Source: Clostridia bacterium
GTDB taxonomy: Bacteria; Bacillota; Clostridia; UMGS1840
Direction of reading: 5' to 3'
DNA: 64,000 nucleotides
Assembly: GCA_045540295.1 (NCBI GenBank)
Contig: JAZQGY010000013.1
Coordinates: 3,251 to 67,250, forward strand
This document shows, piece after piece, positions 48,530 through 58,146 of this stretch. The number at the start of each line of letters is the position of its first letter. The stretch's first letter is position 1. The notes beneath the pieces were generated by a model, which was not told where the DNA came from, made no database searches, and worked only from the letters and a program-made list of their open reading frames with translations. The position numbers were made by a program, and so were the translations under genes.

Positions 48530-48726
48530 AATATATTTCCTTCCTGATGATTTGGGGAAAAGGCTCTGTTTCATTATAGCATGCTGCTGTTCTGAAATTC
48601 AACTCATAAATTCCGTCACTTTCCCGCAAAAATCAAGAGAATATCAGAAAAAACTTGAATTTACAGGAGAACTGGTGTATAATAAAGATGTGTATGCATT
48701 TTTACGATTCGGAAAGGAATCTCCTT

Positions 48727-49545
48727 ATGAAATTTAATGGCATCGTTCTGATTTCCGATATGGACGGAACCCTTTTGACTGAAGCAAAAAACATTTCTAA
48801 AGAAAACTTGGAAGCGATCCGTTATTTTCGTGAAAACGGCGGTAAATTTACGGTAGCCTCCGGAAGAGTGTATCAGTCTTTGGAAAGTTATTTTGATGAA
48901 ATAAATCCTGATCTTCCCGTAATTTCCCATAACGGCGGCATTATCAAAAACCCCGTTACTAATGATCTGTTGTATGCAAAATGCCTGAGTGGGCACTATA
49001 AAGAAGTGGCAAAGGAAATTCACAAAAAATATCCCTGGTTGGGAATGGAAGGTTTCACCCCTGACGAAATCTTATTCTTTGTGGATAATCCCTATGTGAG
49101 AAAACATATTAACGATGAAAAAATCTTCCCCGATAATCAGATAGAATGGCACTCTTTAGAAGAAAAAACGCCTGAATGGTGCAAAATTTTAATGGCGGCA
49201 GAATCCCATGAACTGGATCTATTGGAGCAGGAAATCCCGCCACTCTACCCTGAATATAGCTTTGTAAGAAGTGAAGCACATTATTTTGAGTTGCTTCCCC
49301 ACGGGGTACACAAAGGCTCCGCATTTGCCGAACTGTTAAAGCTGACTGATATCCCTGCTGAAAAATGTTATGCAATCGGAGATAATATGAATGACAAAGA
49401 ACTCTTACAAACGGCGGGTGTAGGCATTGCTGTTGGCAATGCAAGCGAGGGGCTTAAAAACATTGCAGACGTGGTTCTTCCCGTCTCTTGTGAAGAACAC
49501 GCAATCAGAGCCGTGATTGAACTGTTGGATAAAGGAACGATTTAA
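48727..49545 (+). CDS. Cof-type HAD-IIB hydrolase
   Basis: SDMDGTLL, ASGR, KGSA, GDNMND. Confidence 0.93.
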   Translation: MKFNGIVLISDMDGTLLTEAKNISKENLEAIRYFRENGGKFTVASGRVYQSLESYFDEINPDLPVISHNGGIIKNPVTNDLLYAKCLSGHYKEVAKEIHKKYPWLGMEGFTPDEILFFVDNPYVRKHINDEKIFPDNQIEWHSLEEKTPEWCKILMAAESHELDLLEQEIPPLYPEYSFVRSEAHYFELLPHGVHKGSAFAELLKLTDIPAEKCYAIGDNMNDKELLQTAGVGIAVGNASEGLKNIADVVLPVSCEEHAIRAVIELLDKGTI

Positions 49546-50796
49546 ATGGAAAAAACTGTTGACCAAATTGAAAAAACAGAAAAATGTGTGGTATGCGGTG
49601 TCTTTTTAGGAACAGGAAGGTTAGACGATTCCGATACCCAGTCCTTAGAAGAATTAAAAGCACTTTGTGAAGCATCCGGTGCCGAAGTAGTAGGTGAAAT
49701 CACCCAAAACCGCGAAGCTCCCGATAGCCGTACCGTGCTAGGAAAAGGTAAAATCGAAGAATTAAAAAATGCCATTGAAGAATTAGACGCCAATTTAGTA
49801 GTGTTTGACTGTGAGCTTTCCGGCTCCCATACCCGAAATATTGAACAGGAATTAAATGTTCGTGTTATTGACCGTTCCCGTTTAATTCTAGATATTTTTG
49901 CACTTCGTGCCACCACCCGTGAAGGCAAATGCCAAGTAGAATTGGCACAGCTTTTATACCATCTTCCCCGTCTTTCGGGAATCGGTACTTCCCTCTCCCG
50001 TTTGGGTGGCGGTATTGGTACCCGTGGCCCCGGGGAAACTCAGTTAGAAACCGACAAACGTCACATCCGTGAGAGAATTGCAAACCTTAGAAGAGAATTA
50101 AAAGAAATTGAAAAGAACCGTGAAACCCAGCGAAAACAACGTGCAAAAAACGAAGTGGTAAACATTGCCTTGGTTGGTTATACCAATGCAGGAAAATCCT
50201 CTCTGTTAAATGCACTGACAGGTTCAGAGCAATATGTAAAAGATATGGTGTTTGCAACCTTGGACCCTTTATCCAAAAAGCTGACCTTAACAGATGACAG
50301 AAAAGCCGTATTAACCGACACTGTCGGTTTTATCAGAAAGCTTCCTCATCATTTGGTGGAGGCTTTCAAATCCACCTTGGAAGTGTGTACCGAAGCAGAT
50401 TTACTGCTCCACGTAATGGATGCCACTGACGAAAACTTGCCCATTCATAAAGAAACGGTAGAAAAACTGTTACAAGAACTGGGCGCCGAGGCAAAGCCCA
50501 TTCTCTCGGTTTATAACAAAGCAGACAACTTAACCGAAGAATTTGTTTCCGAGAAAGACAGCATTTTGGTATCTGCAAAATCAGGCTATCATATTGAAGA
50601 ACTATTACAAAAAATCACCGAATTAACCCGAACCACGGAAATCAAAAAAGTAATTCGGATTCCCTACGATAAATCCTATTTAGTTTCCAGAATCCACGAT
50701 CAACTACAGGTTTTGGACACCAAATACGAAAACGACTATCAAGAACTCACCGTTTACGGAAAAGAGGAGCTGATTGCCCAGTATGAGCAGTTATAA
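49546..50796 (+). CDS. hflX: Ribosome-splitting GTPase HflX
   Basis: GTRGPGETQLE, GYTNAGKSS, FATLD, DTVGF, NKAD. Confidence 0.97.
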   Translation: MEKTVDQIEKTEKCVVCGVFLGTGRLDDSDTQSLEELKALCEASGAEVVGEITQNREAPDSRTVLGKGKIEELKNAIEELDANLVVFDCELSGSHTRNIEQELNVRVIDRSRLILDIFALRATTREGKCQVELAQLLYHLPRLSGIGTSLSRLGGGIGTRGPGETQLETDKRHIRERIANLRRELKEIEKNRETQRKQRAKNEVVNIALVGYTNAGKSSLLNALTGSEQYVKDMVFATLDPLSKKLTLTDDRKAVLTDTVGFIRKLPHHLVEAFKSTLEVCTEADLLLHVMDATDENLPIHKETVEKLLQELGAEAKPILSVYNKADNLTEEFVSEKDSILVSAKSGYHIEELLQKITELTRTTEIKKVIRIPYDKSYLVSRIHDQLQVLDTKYENDYQELTVYGKEELIAQYEQL

Positions 50797-51403
50797 AACT
50801 GTTTCCCAGCCCAGCGAATGTGAAATCATTGAAAAAAAATCCCGTTTTATTTCGCTAACCTATCCCGTTACCACGGAAGAAGAAGCTCTCTCCCATCTGG
50901 AGGCAGCAAGAAAGAAATATTACGATGCTACCCACGTGGTGTTTGCTTACCGTATCCGAAACAATCAGATTCAACGGTTTTCCGATGACGGTGAACCCCA
51001 AGGAACGGCAGGCGTGCCTGTATTGGAAGTACTCTCCAAAGGAGATATCACCGATACCTTATCCATTATAGTGCGGTATTTTGGAGGTACTCTGCTTGGT
51101 GCAGGAGGACTGATTCGTGCCTATTCCAAGTCTGCTCATGAAGGAGTAACAGCATCGAAAGTCATCACCATGGCAGAATGTGTGGAATTTGTAATAAATT
51201 GCCCTTACCACCTGTTTGGCACCGTAGAGCATATCTTAAGAAAGCACGATTGCCGAAAAACCAATGTGGAATATGCTGACCAGATTCGTATGCAATACTA
51301 CATTGAAGAAAACAGTTATCAAACCTTCCTGGCAGACTTAACAGAAACCACCAACGCTACTGTTACTGCCAAAGAAATCAACCGTAATTTTTACCGTCTT
51401 TAA
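50783..51403 (+). CDS. YigZ/IMPACT family protein
   Basis: EKKSRF, DDGEPQGTAG, RYFGGTLLGAGGLIRAY. Confidence 0.93.
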   Translation: MSSYKTVSQPSECEIIEKKSRFISLTYPVTTEEEALSHLEAARKKYYDATHVVFAYRIRNNQIQRFSDDGEPQGTAGVPVLEVLSKGDITDTLSIIVRYFGGTLLGAGGLIRAYSKSAHEGVTASKVITMAECVEFVINCPYHLFGTVEHILRKHDCRKTNVEYADQIRMQYYIEENSYQTFLADLTETTNATVTAKEINRNFYRL

Positions 51404-51417
51404 AAGAGGATAAAACG

Positions 51418-52692
51418 ATGTTATTTTATGATATTACCATTTTAGATGAAAACTTAGAGGTCAAAGAACACCAGTATGTGTTAACAGAAGGTGCTAAAAT
51501 CACCTACATAGGAAATACCTGCCCCGAAACCGACGAAGAGAGATACAACGGCAAAAACAAGTTGTTGATGACCGGTTTTTTCAATCTGCATTCCCATACA
51601 CCTATGACCTTTATGAGAGGCTACGGCGAAAATTTGTCGTTAGATGACTGGCTCAACAAAAAGATTTTCCCCTATGAAGATAAGCTGACAAGCGAAGATA
51701 TTTATGTGGGCACCCTGCTTGGCATTGCAGAAATGCTACGTTTTGGGATTGTGTCCACCAGTGATATGTATTACTTCTGCGAAGATATGTTAAAAGCCTT
51801 TTTGGAAGTTGGTGTAAAATGTAATTTGAGCCGTGGTATTACCTGTTTTTCGGATGCAAGTTATCACGATTTACCCGCATACGAGGAAAACAAAATCTTA
51901 GTCAGAGATTATCATAACAAAAACAACGGGCAAATTAAAATTGATTTTTCCATTCACGGAGAATACACCAACACTGAGCGTACCATCCGTGAAATTTCCG
52001 AACACGCCAAGTCGGAAGGCTTACCCATTCACATTCACGTTTCTGAAACTGAAAAAGAACATCAGGAATGTATGGCACGACACAACGGAATGACCCCCAT
52101 TGAATACTTCAACCATTTAGGTGTATTGGATTCTCCTGTACTGGCAGCACATTGTGTTCATCTTTCTAGCAATGATTTTGCCATTATGAAAGAAAAAGGG
52201 GTATCCGTGGCAAGTTGCCCTGCCTCCAATTTAAAACTGGCAAGCGGCATCTGCGATGTAAAAACCTTGTTTGATTACGGTATCAACGTGGGTATCGGTA
52301 CCGACAGCGTGGCAAGCAACAACTCATTAAATATGCTCGAAGAAATTAAGCTCTTTGCCCTTCTTCAAAAGGTACGTGCAAACGATCCTGCCATCATCAC
52401 TCCCAAGGAAGCGATTTACGCTGCCACCAAAGCCGGTGCGATTGCTCAGGGACGTTTGGATACAGGAACATTAAAGGTTGGAAACCGTGCCGATTTGATC
52501 GTGTTGGACATGGATGCTCCCTACTGGAAACCTGTGCATAATTTAACCAATAATTTAGTATATTCCGCAGCAGGAACAGACGTTTGCCTAACCATGGTAG
52601 ACGGAAAAGTGTTGTATCAAGACGGCAATTATCCCACTTTGGATATAGAAAAATTAACTGCCGTTCAAAAATTATCTCAAAAAGAAATCTAA
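51418..52692 (+). CDS. Amidohydrolase, MTA/SAH deaminase (MtaD)-like
   Basis: NLHSH, HIHVSET, AAHCVH, SNLKLASG, GTDSVASNN. Confidence 0.85.
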   Translation: MLFYDITILDENLEVKEHQYVLTEGAKITYIGNTCPETDEERYNGKNKLLMTGFFNLHSHTPMTFMRGYGENLSLDDWLNKKIFPYEDKLTSEDIYVGTLLGIAEMLRFGIVSTSDMYYFCEDMLKAFLEVGVKCNLSRGITCFSDASYHDLPAYEENKILVRDYHNKNNGQIKIDFSIHGEYTNTERTIREISEHAKSEGLPIHIHVSETEKEHQECMARHNGMTPIEYFNHLGVLDSPVLAAHCVHLSSNDFAIMKEKGVSVASCPASNLKLASGICDVKTLFDYGINVGIGTDSVASNNSLNMLEEIKLFALLQKVRANDPAIITPKEAIYAATKAGAIAQGRLDTGTLKVGNRADLIVLDMDAPYWKPVHNLTNNLVYSAAGTDVCLTMVDGKVLYQDGNYPTLDIEKLTAVQKLSQKEI

Positions 52693-52711
52693 CGCAAAAC
52701 CTGGAGTTTTT

Positions 52712-53398
52712 ATGAATTTTTCGTCCTTAAAAAAAGCATTTCCCTATACGGTTCCCGTATTGCTTGGTTATCTGTTTTTAGGCTCTGCTTTCGGCATTCT
52801 TTTAAGCAGCAAAGGATACGGGCCCCTTTGGGCACTGATTATGAGCATCACCATGTACGCAGGAAGCGGTCAATTTGTGGCAATTGGATTTTTAACTTCT
52901 CCCTTTGACCTGGCAAACGCTTTTTTCGTCTCCCTGATGGTGAATTTGCGGCACCTTTTTTACGGATTGTCCTTGTTGGAACGGTTCAAGGCAGCAGGCA
53001 AAAAACGCTTTTATATGATGTTTTCTTTAACGGATGAAACCTATTCCCTGCTTTGCGGAATCAAAGCTCCTAAAGATGTAGACGAACATCAGTTTTACTG
53101 TTCTATCGGTTTTTTAGACCATATATACTGGATTGTAAGCTGTGTTTTGGGAAACATTATCGGTTCTACCATCCCATTCAATTCCAAAGGCATTGATTTT
53201 GTGATGACAGCACTGTTTATGGTGATTTTCTTAGACCAATGGAAAGAGTCTAAAACCCATATTCCCCAGTTTGTGGGTATTTTAACATCTGTTTTGTGTC
53301 TGCTGTTAGCAGGGTCGAAAAACTTTCTGCTCCCTGCAATGAGCCTGATTTTAATCATATCCGGCATTTTAAAAAGAAGATTGGAGGCGAAGCTGTAA
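52712..53398 (+). CDS. azlC: Branched-chain amino acid exporter AzlC
   Basis: YAGSGQF, NLRHLFYG, LTDETY. Confidence 0.92.
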   Translation: MNFSSLKKAFPYTVPVLLGYLFLGSAFGILLSSKGYGPLWALIMSITMYAGSGQFVAIGFLTSPFDLANAFFVSLMVNLRHLFYGLSLLERFKAAGKKRFYMMFSLTDETYSLLCGIKAPKDVDEHQFYCSIGFLDHIYWIVSCVLGNIIGSTIPFNSKGIDFVMTALFMVIFLDQWKESKTHIPQFVGILTSVLCLLLAGSKNFLLPAMSLILIISGILKRRLEAKL

Positions 53399-53733
53399 TG
53401 GTATTACCTCCCCATCAGGCGCTGCTCATTATTTTCGTATCTGCAACTGCCACTTTTTTAACCCGTGCTCTTCCCTTTTTACTGTTCCCCCCACACAAAA
53501 AAACACCTGCATTTATTCTCTATTTGGGGAAGATTCTTCCCTTTGCCACCATCGGAATGCTGTTGGTATATTGTTTCAAAGACGTTTCCATCCTGACATG
53601 GTCTCACGGTCTTCCCGAAGCGATTGCTCTTCTTGCCATCACAGGAATTCATTTGTGGAAGAGAAATATTCTCTTAAGTGTTGGCGGCGGAACTGTGTTT
53701 TATATGATTTTGGTGCAATGTGTTTTTTCGTAA
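53398..53733 (+). CDS. azlD: Branched-chain amino acid exporter subunit AzlD
   Basis: TRALPF, YLGKILP, LHLWKRN-like motif; coupled to azlC through TAATG. Confidence 0.9.
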   Translation: MVLPPHQALLIIFVSATATFLTRALPFLLFPPHKKTPAFILYLGKILPFATIGMLLVYCFKDVSILTWSHGLPEAIALLAITGIHLWKRNILLSVGGGTVFYMILVQCVFS

Positions 53734-53791
53734 ATTCTTCTCGATTGTATCATAAGCGTTTCTCCTAAAAATTATCTGGAGGTCATCTGTA

Positions 53792-54160
53792 ATGAAATTA
53801 AAAGAATCCGGCGAAAATTATCTGGAAGCTGTTTTAATCTTAAAACAAGAGCTTGGCAATGTGAGAAGCATTGATGTGGCACATCATTTGAATGTGACCA
53901 AGCCCAGTGTGTCTATCGCTATGAAAACCCTGCGTGAGGAGGGCTTTTTAACTGTGGATGAAGCCGGTAGCATCACCTTAACCGAAAAGGGGCTGCAAAT
54001 TGCCAGCAAGATGTATGAACGGCATCATATAATCGCCCAAACATTGATGTTGCTTGGCGTCACAAAAGAAACCGCTTATGAAGACAGCTGCAAAATTGAG
54101 CACGATTTAAGTCAGGAAAGCTTTGAAAAAATCAAAGATTTTTTAGAAAAACAAAAATAA
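53792..54160 (+). CDS. DtxR/MntR family metal-dependent regulator
   Basis: ENYLEA, RSIDVA...KPSVS, ERH, CKIEH. Confidence 0.93.
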   Translation: MKLKESGENYLEAVLILKQELGNVRSIDVAHHLNVTKPSVSIAMKTLREEGFLTVDEAGSITLTEKGLQIASKMYERHHIIAQTLMLLGVTKETAYEDSCKIEHDLSQESFEKIKDFLEKQK

Positions 54161-54168
54161 CAGAAAAC

Positions 54169-54200
54169 AAAAAAGCTGAATCGAATGATTCAGCTTTTTT
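54169..54200. terminator. Bidirectional terminator
   Basis: AAAAAGCTGAATC-GAAT-GATTCAGCTTTTT. Confidence 0.88.
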
Positions 54201-54216
54201 ATTTCATATAAGATGA

Positions 54217-54339
54217 GGCGATGAGAAAAGGATGCAGAATTCGGGAATTGAATCAAAGCAACGCTTTGATAGTACCCGAAGGCGTATCCGATATACGCCG
54301 AGCGGTAAAATTCACGGATTATGCGCCTTTTATCGAGCC
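54217..54339. repeat. Solitary structured palindromic element related to the 19830-20168 repeat
   Basis: Long imperfect outer stem, ATCAAAGC/GCTTTGAT hairpin, and TACC-CGAA-GGCGTAT-loop-ATACGCC-GAGC-GGTA. Confidence 0.7.
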
Positions 54340-54348
54340 ATAACAGAA

Positions 54349-55296
54349 CTAATTTAAGAATTCTTTGGTGATAGTATATACATTTTCCACAGATTTCTTC
54401 ATCAGTTCTTCTTCTTCAGGAGAGAGAGAAACAGGAACGTCCATTTCCACGCCTTCGCTGCTGACAATTCTGGGCATACTTACGGATACATTTTTAAACC
54501 CGTAAAGCTCCTCTTTGCAAATACTTACCGGAAGCACTCTGTCTTTCCCGTTTAAAATTGCATCGGTAATATCGCTGACAGCACTTGCTACACCAAAATA
54601 GGTAGCTCCCTTATTTTTGATAATTTCAGCACCGCCGGTTTTTACATTTTCTTTAATCTGTGCTTTTTCTTCCTCTGTTAAGGGGTGACCGTGAATGGTG
54701 TTCAAGTTGAGCAAGGGTTCTCCTGCAATGGTAGCATGGCTCCAATAGGGGAACTGGGTTTCACCGTGTTCACCAATCATCATTGCGTGAATATTTTTCA
54801 CGTTCATATCAAACAAAGTATACAACTGCTGCTGCAAACGGATCGTATCTAAATAGGTACCGGAACCAATTACTTTGCCTGCAGGAAGTCCGGTCCATTT
54901 CTGAACCATAGTGGTTAATACGTCAACGGGATTTGATACAATCACAAAAATACCACCGTTGTAGTATTTCATCACATCTTCCACAATGCTTTTCATAATT
55001 CCAACGTTCTTACTTGCCAAATCCATTCTGGTTTCACCGGGTTTTCTGTTGACCCCTGCAGTAATAATAATCACATCACTGTCTTTCACATCCGGGTAAT
55101 CTCCCGATGCAATCTTCATAGAGCCAAACACGGGACAAGCATGAGAAATATCCAGTGCTTCTCCGTATGCTTTTTGTGTATTTAAATCAATTAAAACCAT
55201 TTCATGCGCAAGGTTTCTGGCAGCAATGGTATAAGCAATGGATGCTCCAACAAAACCAGCGCCAATAACAGTAATTTTCTTCTTGGATGTACTCAT
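54349..55296 (-). CDS. LDH/MDH family dehydrogenase, probably malate dehydrogenase
   Basis: GAGFVG, AGVNRKPGETR (Arg at the specificity position), NPVD, GEHG, KGATY. Confidence 0.85.
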   Translation of the reverse strand: MSTSKKKITVIGAGFVGASIAYTIAARNLAHEMVLIDLNTQKAYGEALDISHACPVFGSMKIASGDYPDVKDSDVIIITAGVNRKPGETRMDLASKNVGIMKSIVEDVMKYYNGGIFVIVSNPVDVLTTMVQKWTGLPAGKVIGSGTYLDTIRLQQQLYTLFDMNVKNIHAMMIGEHGETQFPYWSHATIAGEPLLNLNTIHGHPLTEEEKAQIKENVKTGGAEIIKNKGATYFGVASAVSDITDAILNGKDRVLPVSICKEELYGFKNVSVSMPRIVSSEGVEMDVPVSLSPEEEELMKKSVENVYTITKEFLN

Positions 55297-55487
55297 AAAA
55301 CAATCCTCTTTCCCTTGTGAAGTCGTGGCAAAAGTAAAACTTTTACCCATTATATTCTACTATATATAGTTTACCAAATTTTTTAAATTTTGTCAATTCT
55401 TTTTTGCTTTTTTGAAAAAGTTTATTCTTTTTTCGGATAGCTTGTCATACATTGAATCAAAGCATTTTGTTGAGGGAGGACGCAACC

Positions 55488-56099
55488 TTGCTTTTATGGA
55501 GTAAATTATCTGATTATTTAAAACCGCAAAAACATTTTTTTACTGTTCTTTTAGCCATCTGTTTTCTGGGATTTTTGGCAGGATGCTTTTATTCCAATCT
55601 GATTTCCGATACTGATTTTTCAAACGCAGGCATCCAGGCAGAAGAATTTATCAAGCAGGCAAAAGAGAACGGATTAAGCTTTCAGTTAATGCTGTCTGAA
55701 GAGCTTTCTCCCGCTCTTTTCATTGCCGCATTTTCCCTGTTTCTTCCCGGATTAATTCCGATTGTTTTTTTAATCTTTAAATGGGGCTTTTCTACCGGCT
55801 TTTTTATGACATTTTTAGTCAGATATTTTTCTATGAAAGGTTTTTTTCTGAGCGGTTTTTTCTTGATTACAAATCTTTGTATCTTTCTGCCTGCCTTATT
55901 AATCCTCAGTATCAAAAGTATTAAAACAAACGTTTTTCTTCTCACTGCCGTGTTAAGCCGTATCACACACAAGACTACCATCTGGGAAGAGATTTTGGGG
56001 CTGACTGTTGCAACTCTTGTCGCAATTCTTCTGATTGCTTTTGGTACCGCTATCAAAACACTACTACTTCCATCCTTGTGCAGCTACCTGTTCTTGTGA
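55488..56099 (+). CDS. spoIIM: Stage II sporulation protein M-like membrane protein
   Basis: TM pattern, GLIPIVFLIFKWGFSTGF; TTG start after GGAGG; CATACATT SigE-like -10 at 55446. Confidence 0.7.
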   Translation: MLLWSKLSDYLKPQKHFFTVLLAICFLGFLAGCFYSNLISDTDFSNAGIQAEEFIKQAKENGLSFQLMLSEELSPALFIAAFSLFLPGLIPIVFLIFKWGFSTGFFMTFLVRYFSMKGFFLSGFFLITNLCIFLPALLILSIKSIKTNVFLLTAVLSRITHKTTIWEEILGLTVATLVAILLIAFGTAIKTLLLPSLCSYLFL

Positions 56100-56166
56100 A
56101 AAAGAATTGACAAGCTCCTTTTTTTGGGATATAATGAAGAAAAGCTTCAAAAAGGAAGTGTTCTTT

Positions 56167-56919
56167 ATGCAATTAAAAATGATTATCAATAAATTAGAAG
56201 AATTTGCTCCCACATATCTTAAGGAAGAATGGGACAATGTGGGGCTGATGCTGGGGCATCCCGACTGGGATATCTCAAAATGCTATGTTGCCTTGGATGT
56301 TACCGATCAGGTCATTGACTGTGCCGTTCAAAACGGTTGTAATCTGATTGTGACGCATCACCCCTTTCTTATGGGGGGCATATCCGCTATCAATTTAGAA
56401 GAAGAAAAAGGTCGCCAGATTGCAAGACTTTTGTCAAACAAGATTGCAGTGTACTCTATGCACACCAATTTTGACAGTTGCCAAGGCGGTGTGAATGACT
56501 GCCTATGCGAATTGCTCGGGCTCTCAGATTATCACACGGACGAGCCGTCAATTTTCAGAAAAGGCACTTTAGACGAACCGGTTCGTCTTCGTGACTTTAT
56601 CACCATGGTGAAGGATGCACTTCACGTTTCCTATGTAAACTACACCGGAGACCCAAACCGTACGGTCAAAACAGTTGCAGTAGTAGGCGGAAGCGGCGGC
56701 AGCATGGTATCTTTGATGAAGGACTGCGATGTATATCTCACGGGGGAAGCAAAATATCACGAATACCAATTGGCTGAAAGTCTGGGGCTTTGCATGATTA
56801 CCGCCGGACACTTTGAAACTGAAAATCCTGCTTTAGAGAAAATCCGTTCCCTGCTTTGTGAGTTATCCCTGGATGTAATCAATCACAAAGTACACCGAGG
56901 CTTTTATCAAACCATCTGA
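56167..56919 (+). CDS. Nif3-like dinuclear metal-centre protein
   Basis: WDNVGL, THHP, HTNFD, GGSG, GHFETE; TTGACA-17-TATAAT at 56107-56135. Confidence 0.93.
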   Translation: MQLKMIINKLEEFAPTYLKEEWDNVGLMLGHPDWDISKCYVALDVTDQVIDCAVQNGCNLIVTHHPFLMGGISAINLEEEKGRQIARLLSNKIAVYSMHTNFDSCQGGVNDCLCELLGLSDYHTDEPSIFRKGTLDEPVRLRDFITMVKDALHVSYVNYTGDPNRTVKTVAVVGGSGGSMVSLMKDCDVYLTGEAKYHEYQLAESLGLCMITAGHFETENPALEKIRSLLCELSLDVINHKVHRGFYQTI

Positions 56920-56929
56920 GGAGAACAAT

Positions 56930-57418
56930 ATGACGCGCATTTTAGTATTTTCCGATTCCCACGGAGAAGTGCGGACGATGAAGAAAATTATCGAAAATAT
57001 GCCCGATGTAACTGCTGTAATTCATCTGGGAGACTTAAACCGCGATATTCAATTTTTAGAAGATACTTTTTTTGAGTTCCCCATCTACGGTGTGCAAGGA
57101 AACAACGATTATTCCGGTGCGTATCCAAACGAAAAAATGCTAAACATTGACGGTAAAAAAATCTTTATCACGCATGGGCATTACTACCTTTCCAGTTGGA
57201 ACAGTGCCCCCTTAAAAGCAATCCCTGCCGCAGAAAATGCAGATCTCATTCTGTTTGGACATACCCATATTGCTGAAGAAGAACATATAAATGGAAAAAT
57301 TCTGGCTAACCCGGGCAGCATTTCCCGTCCAAGAACAGGAACCCCCTCTTACGGAGTCATTGAAATTGAGGACGGAAAGCTACGCTATTGTAACATTGCT
57401 CTCCCCTCTTTATTTTAA
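56930..57418 (+). CDS. YfcE family metallophosphoesterase
   Basis: SDSHG, HLGD, GNND, THGH, FGHTH, NPGS. Confidence 0.93.
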   Translation: MTRILVFSDSHGEVRTMKKIIENMPDVTAVIHLGDLNRDIQFLEDTFFEFPIYGVQGNNDYSGAYPNEKMLNIDGKKIFITHGHYYLSSWNSAPLKAIPAAENADLILFGHTHIAEEEHINGKILANPGSISRPRTGTPSYGVIEIEDGKLRYCNIALPSLF

Positions 57419-57429
57419 TAAATCTAAGC

Positions 57430-57460
57430 AAAAAAGCTGTGCAGTTTTTGCACAGCTTTT
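57430..57460. terminator. Bidirectional terminator
   Basis: AAAAGCTGTGCA...TGCACAGCTTTT. Confidence 0.85.
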
Positions 57461-57461
57461 G

Positions 57462-58127
57462 TTATTCATCTCTATGTTTTATTTTATAAATAATCAAAGA
57501 ACCTGCCATCATTACCAAAGCCACGACAAAAGGAATTAAAAAGCCAGGTGACAAAGGATCTCTGAGAGAATCTCCCATCAAGGTAAAAGGGATTAAACTC
57601 GGCACCATCGCCAGCAAGGATAGTCCTAAAAATCCCCAGTAACGATATCCGGTGGATCCGCAAACCAACGAAATCAACTCTACCGGAAAAAGATTAGATG
57701 CACGAAGGGCGAACAAGGTCACATTATTTCTGTCACCGTTTTCCATAAAGCGTTGCACCTTGGGAGATTTTTTCACCATTTTTTTCACGAAGGGCTTCCC
57801 CAACTTTTTTCCGAGAAAAAATGTGAGTGTCATGGTCAGCGAAAGGCCGAGAATATTGATAAAAATACTGTAAATCGGCGGAAAAAGATTTCCTGTTAAA
57901 ATGTATAAAAACACAACCGGAATAAAAAACAACACCGATTTCACCGCATAAATCAGCAATACAACCAGCACCTCCAAAACGAGATTGCCGCCTGCAAACT
58001 GAAAAATATCATCAGGAGTTAACCCGGTGAGCAATTTGGTCAGCCAATAAAACAACACAATAATGACCGGCACTAAAATCGCACAAAGAGCAATCCAACG
58101 GAATTTTTTTCTACGATTATTTTTCAA
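57462..58127 (-). CDS. TVP38/TMEM64 (DedA/VTT) membrane protein
   Basis: FFIP...GNLF, FFLGKKLG, LRASNLFP, hydrophobic profile. Confidence 0.82.
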   Translation of the reverse strand: MKNNRRKKFRWIALCAILVPVIIVLFYWLTKLLTGLTPDDIFQFAGGNLVLEVLVVLLIYAVKSVLFFIPVVFLYILTGNLFPPIYSIFINILGLSLTMTLTFFLGKKLGKPFVKKMVKKSPKVQRFMENGDRNNVTLFALRASNLFPVELISLVCGSTGYRYWGFLGLSLLAMVPSLIPFTLMGDSLRDPLSPGFLIPFVVALVMMAGSLIIYKIKHRDE

Positions 58128-58146
58128 ACAAAGCCCTCTTTCTTGG

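Noticed and set aside
49546-50796. Antibiotic-resistance HflXr with a leader attenuator
   Set aside because: Directly abuts the upstream HAD gene with no leader region; looks like housekeeping hflX
55316-55333. Rex operator upstream of the LDH/MDH gene (TTGTGAAGTCGTGGCAAA)
   Set aside because: Only the left half matches TTGTGAA-N4-TTCACAA
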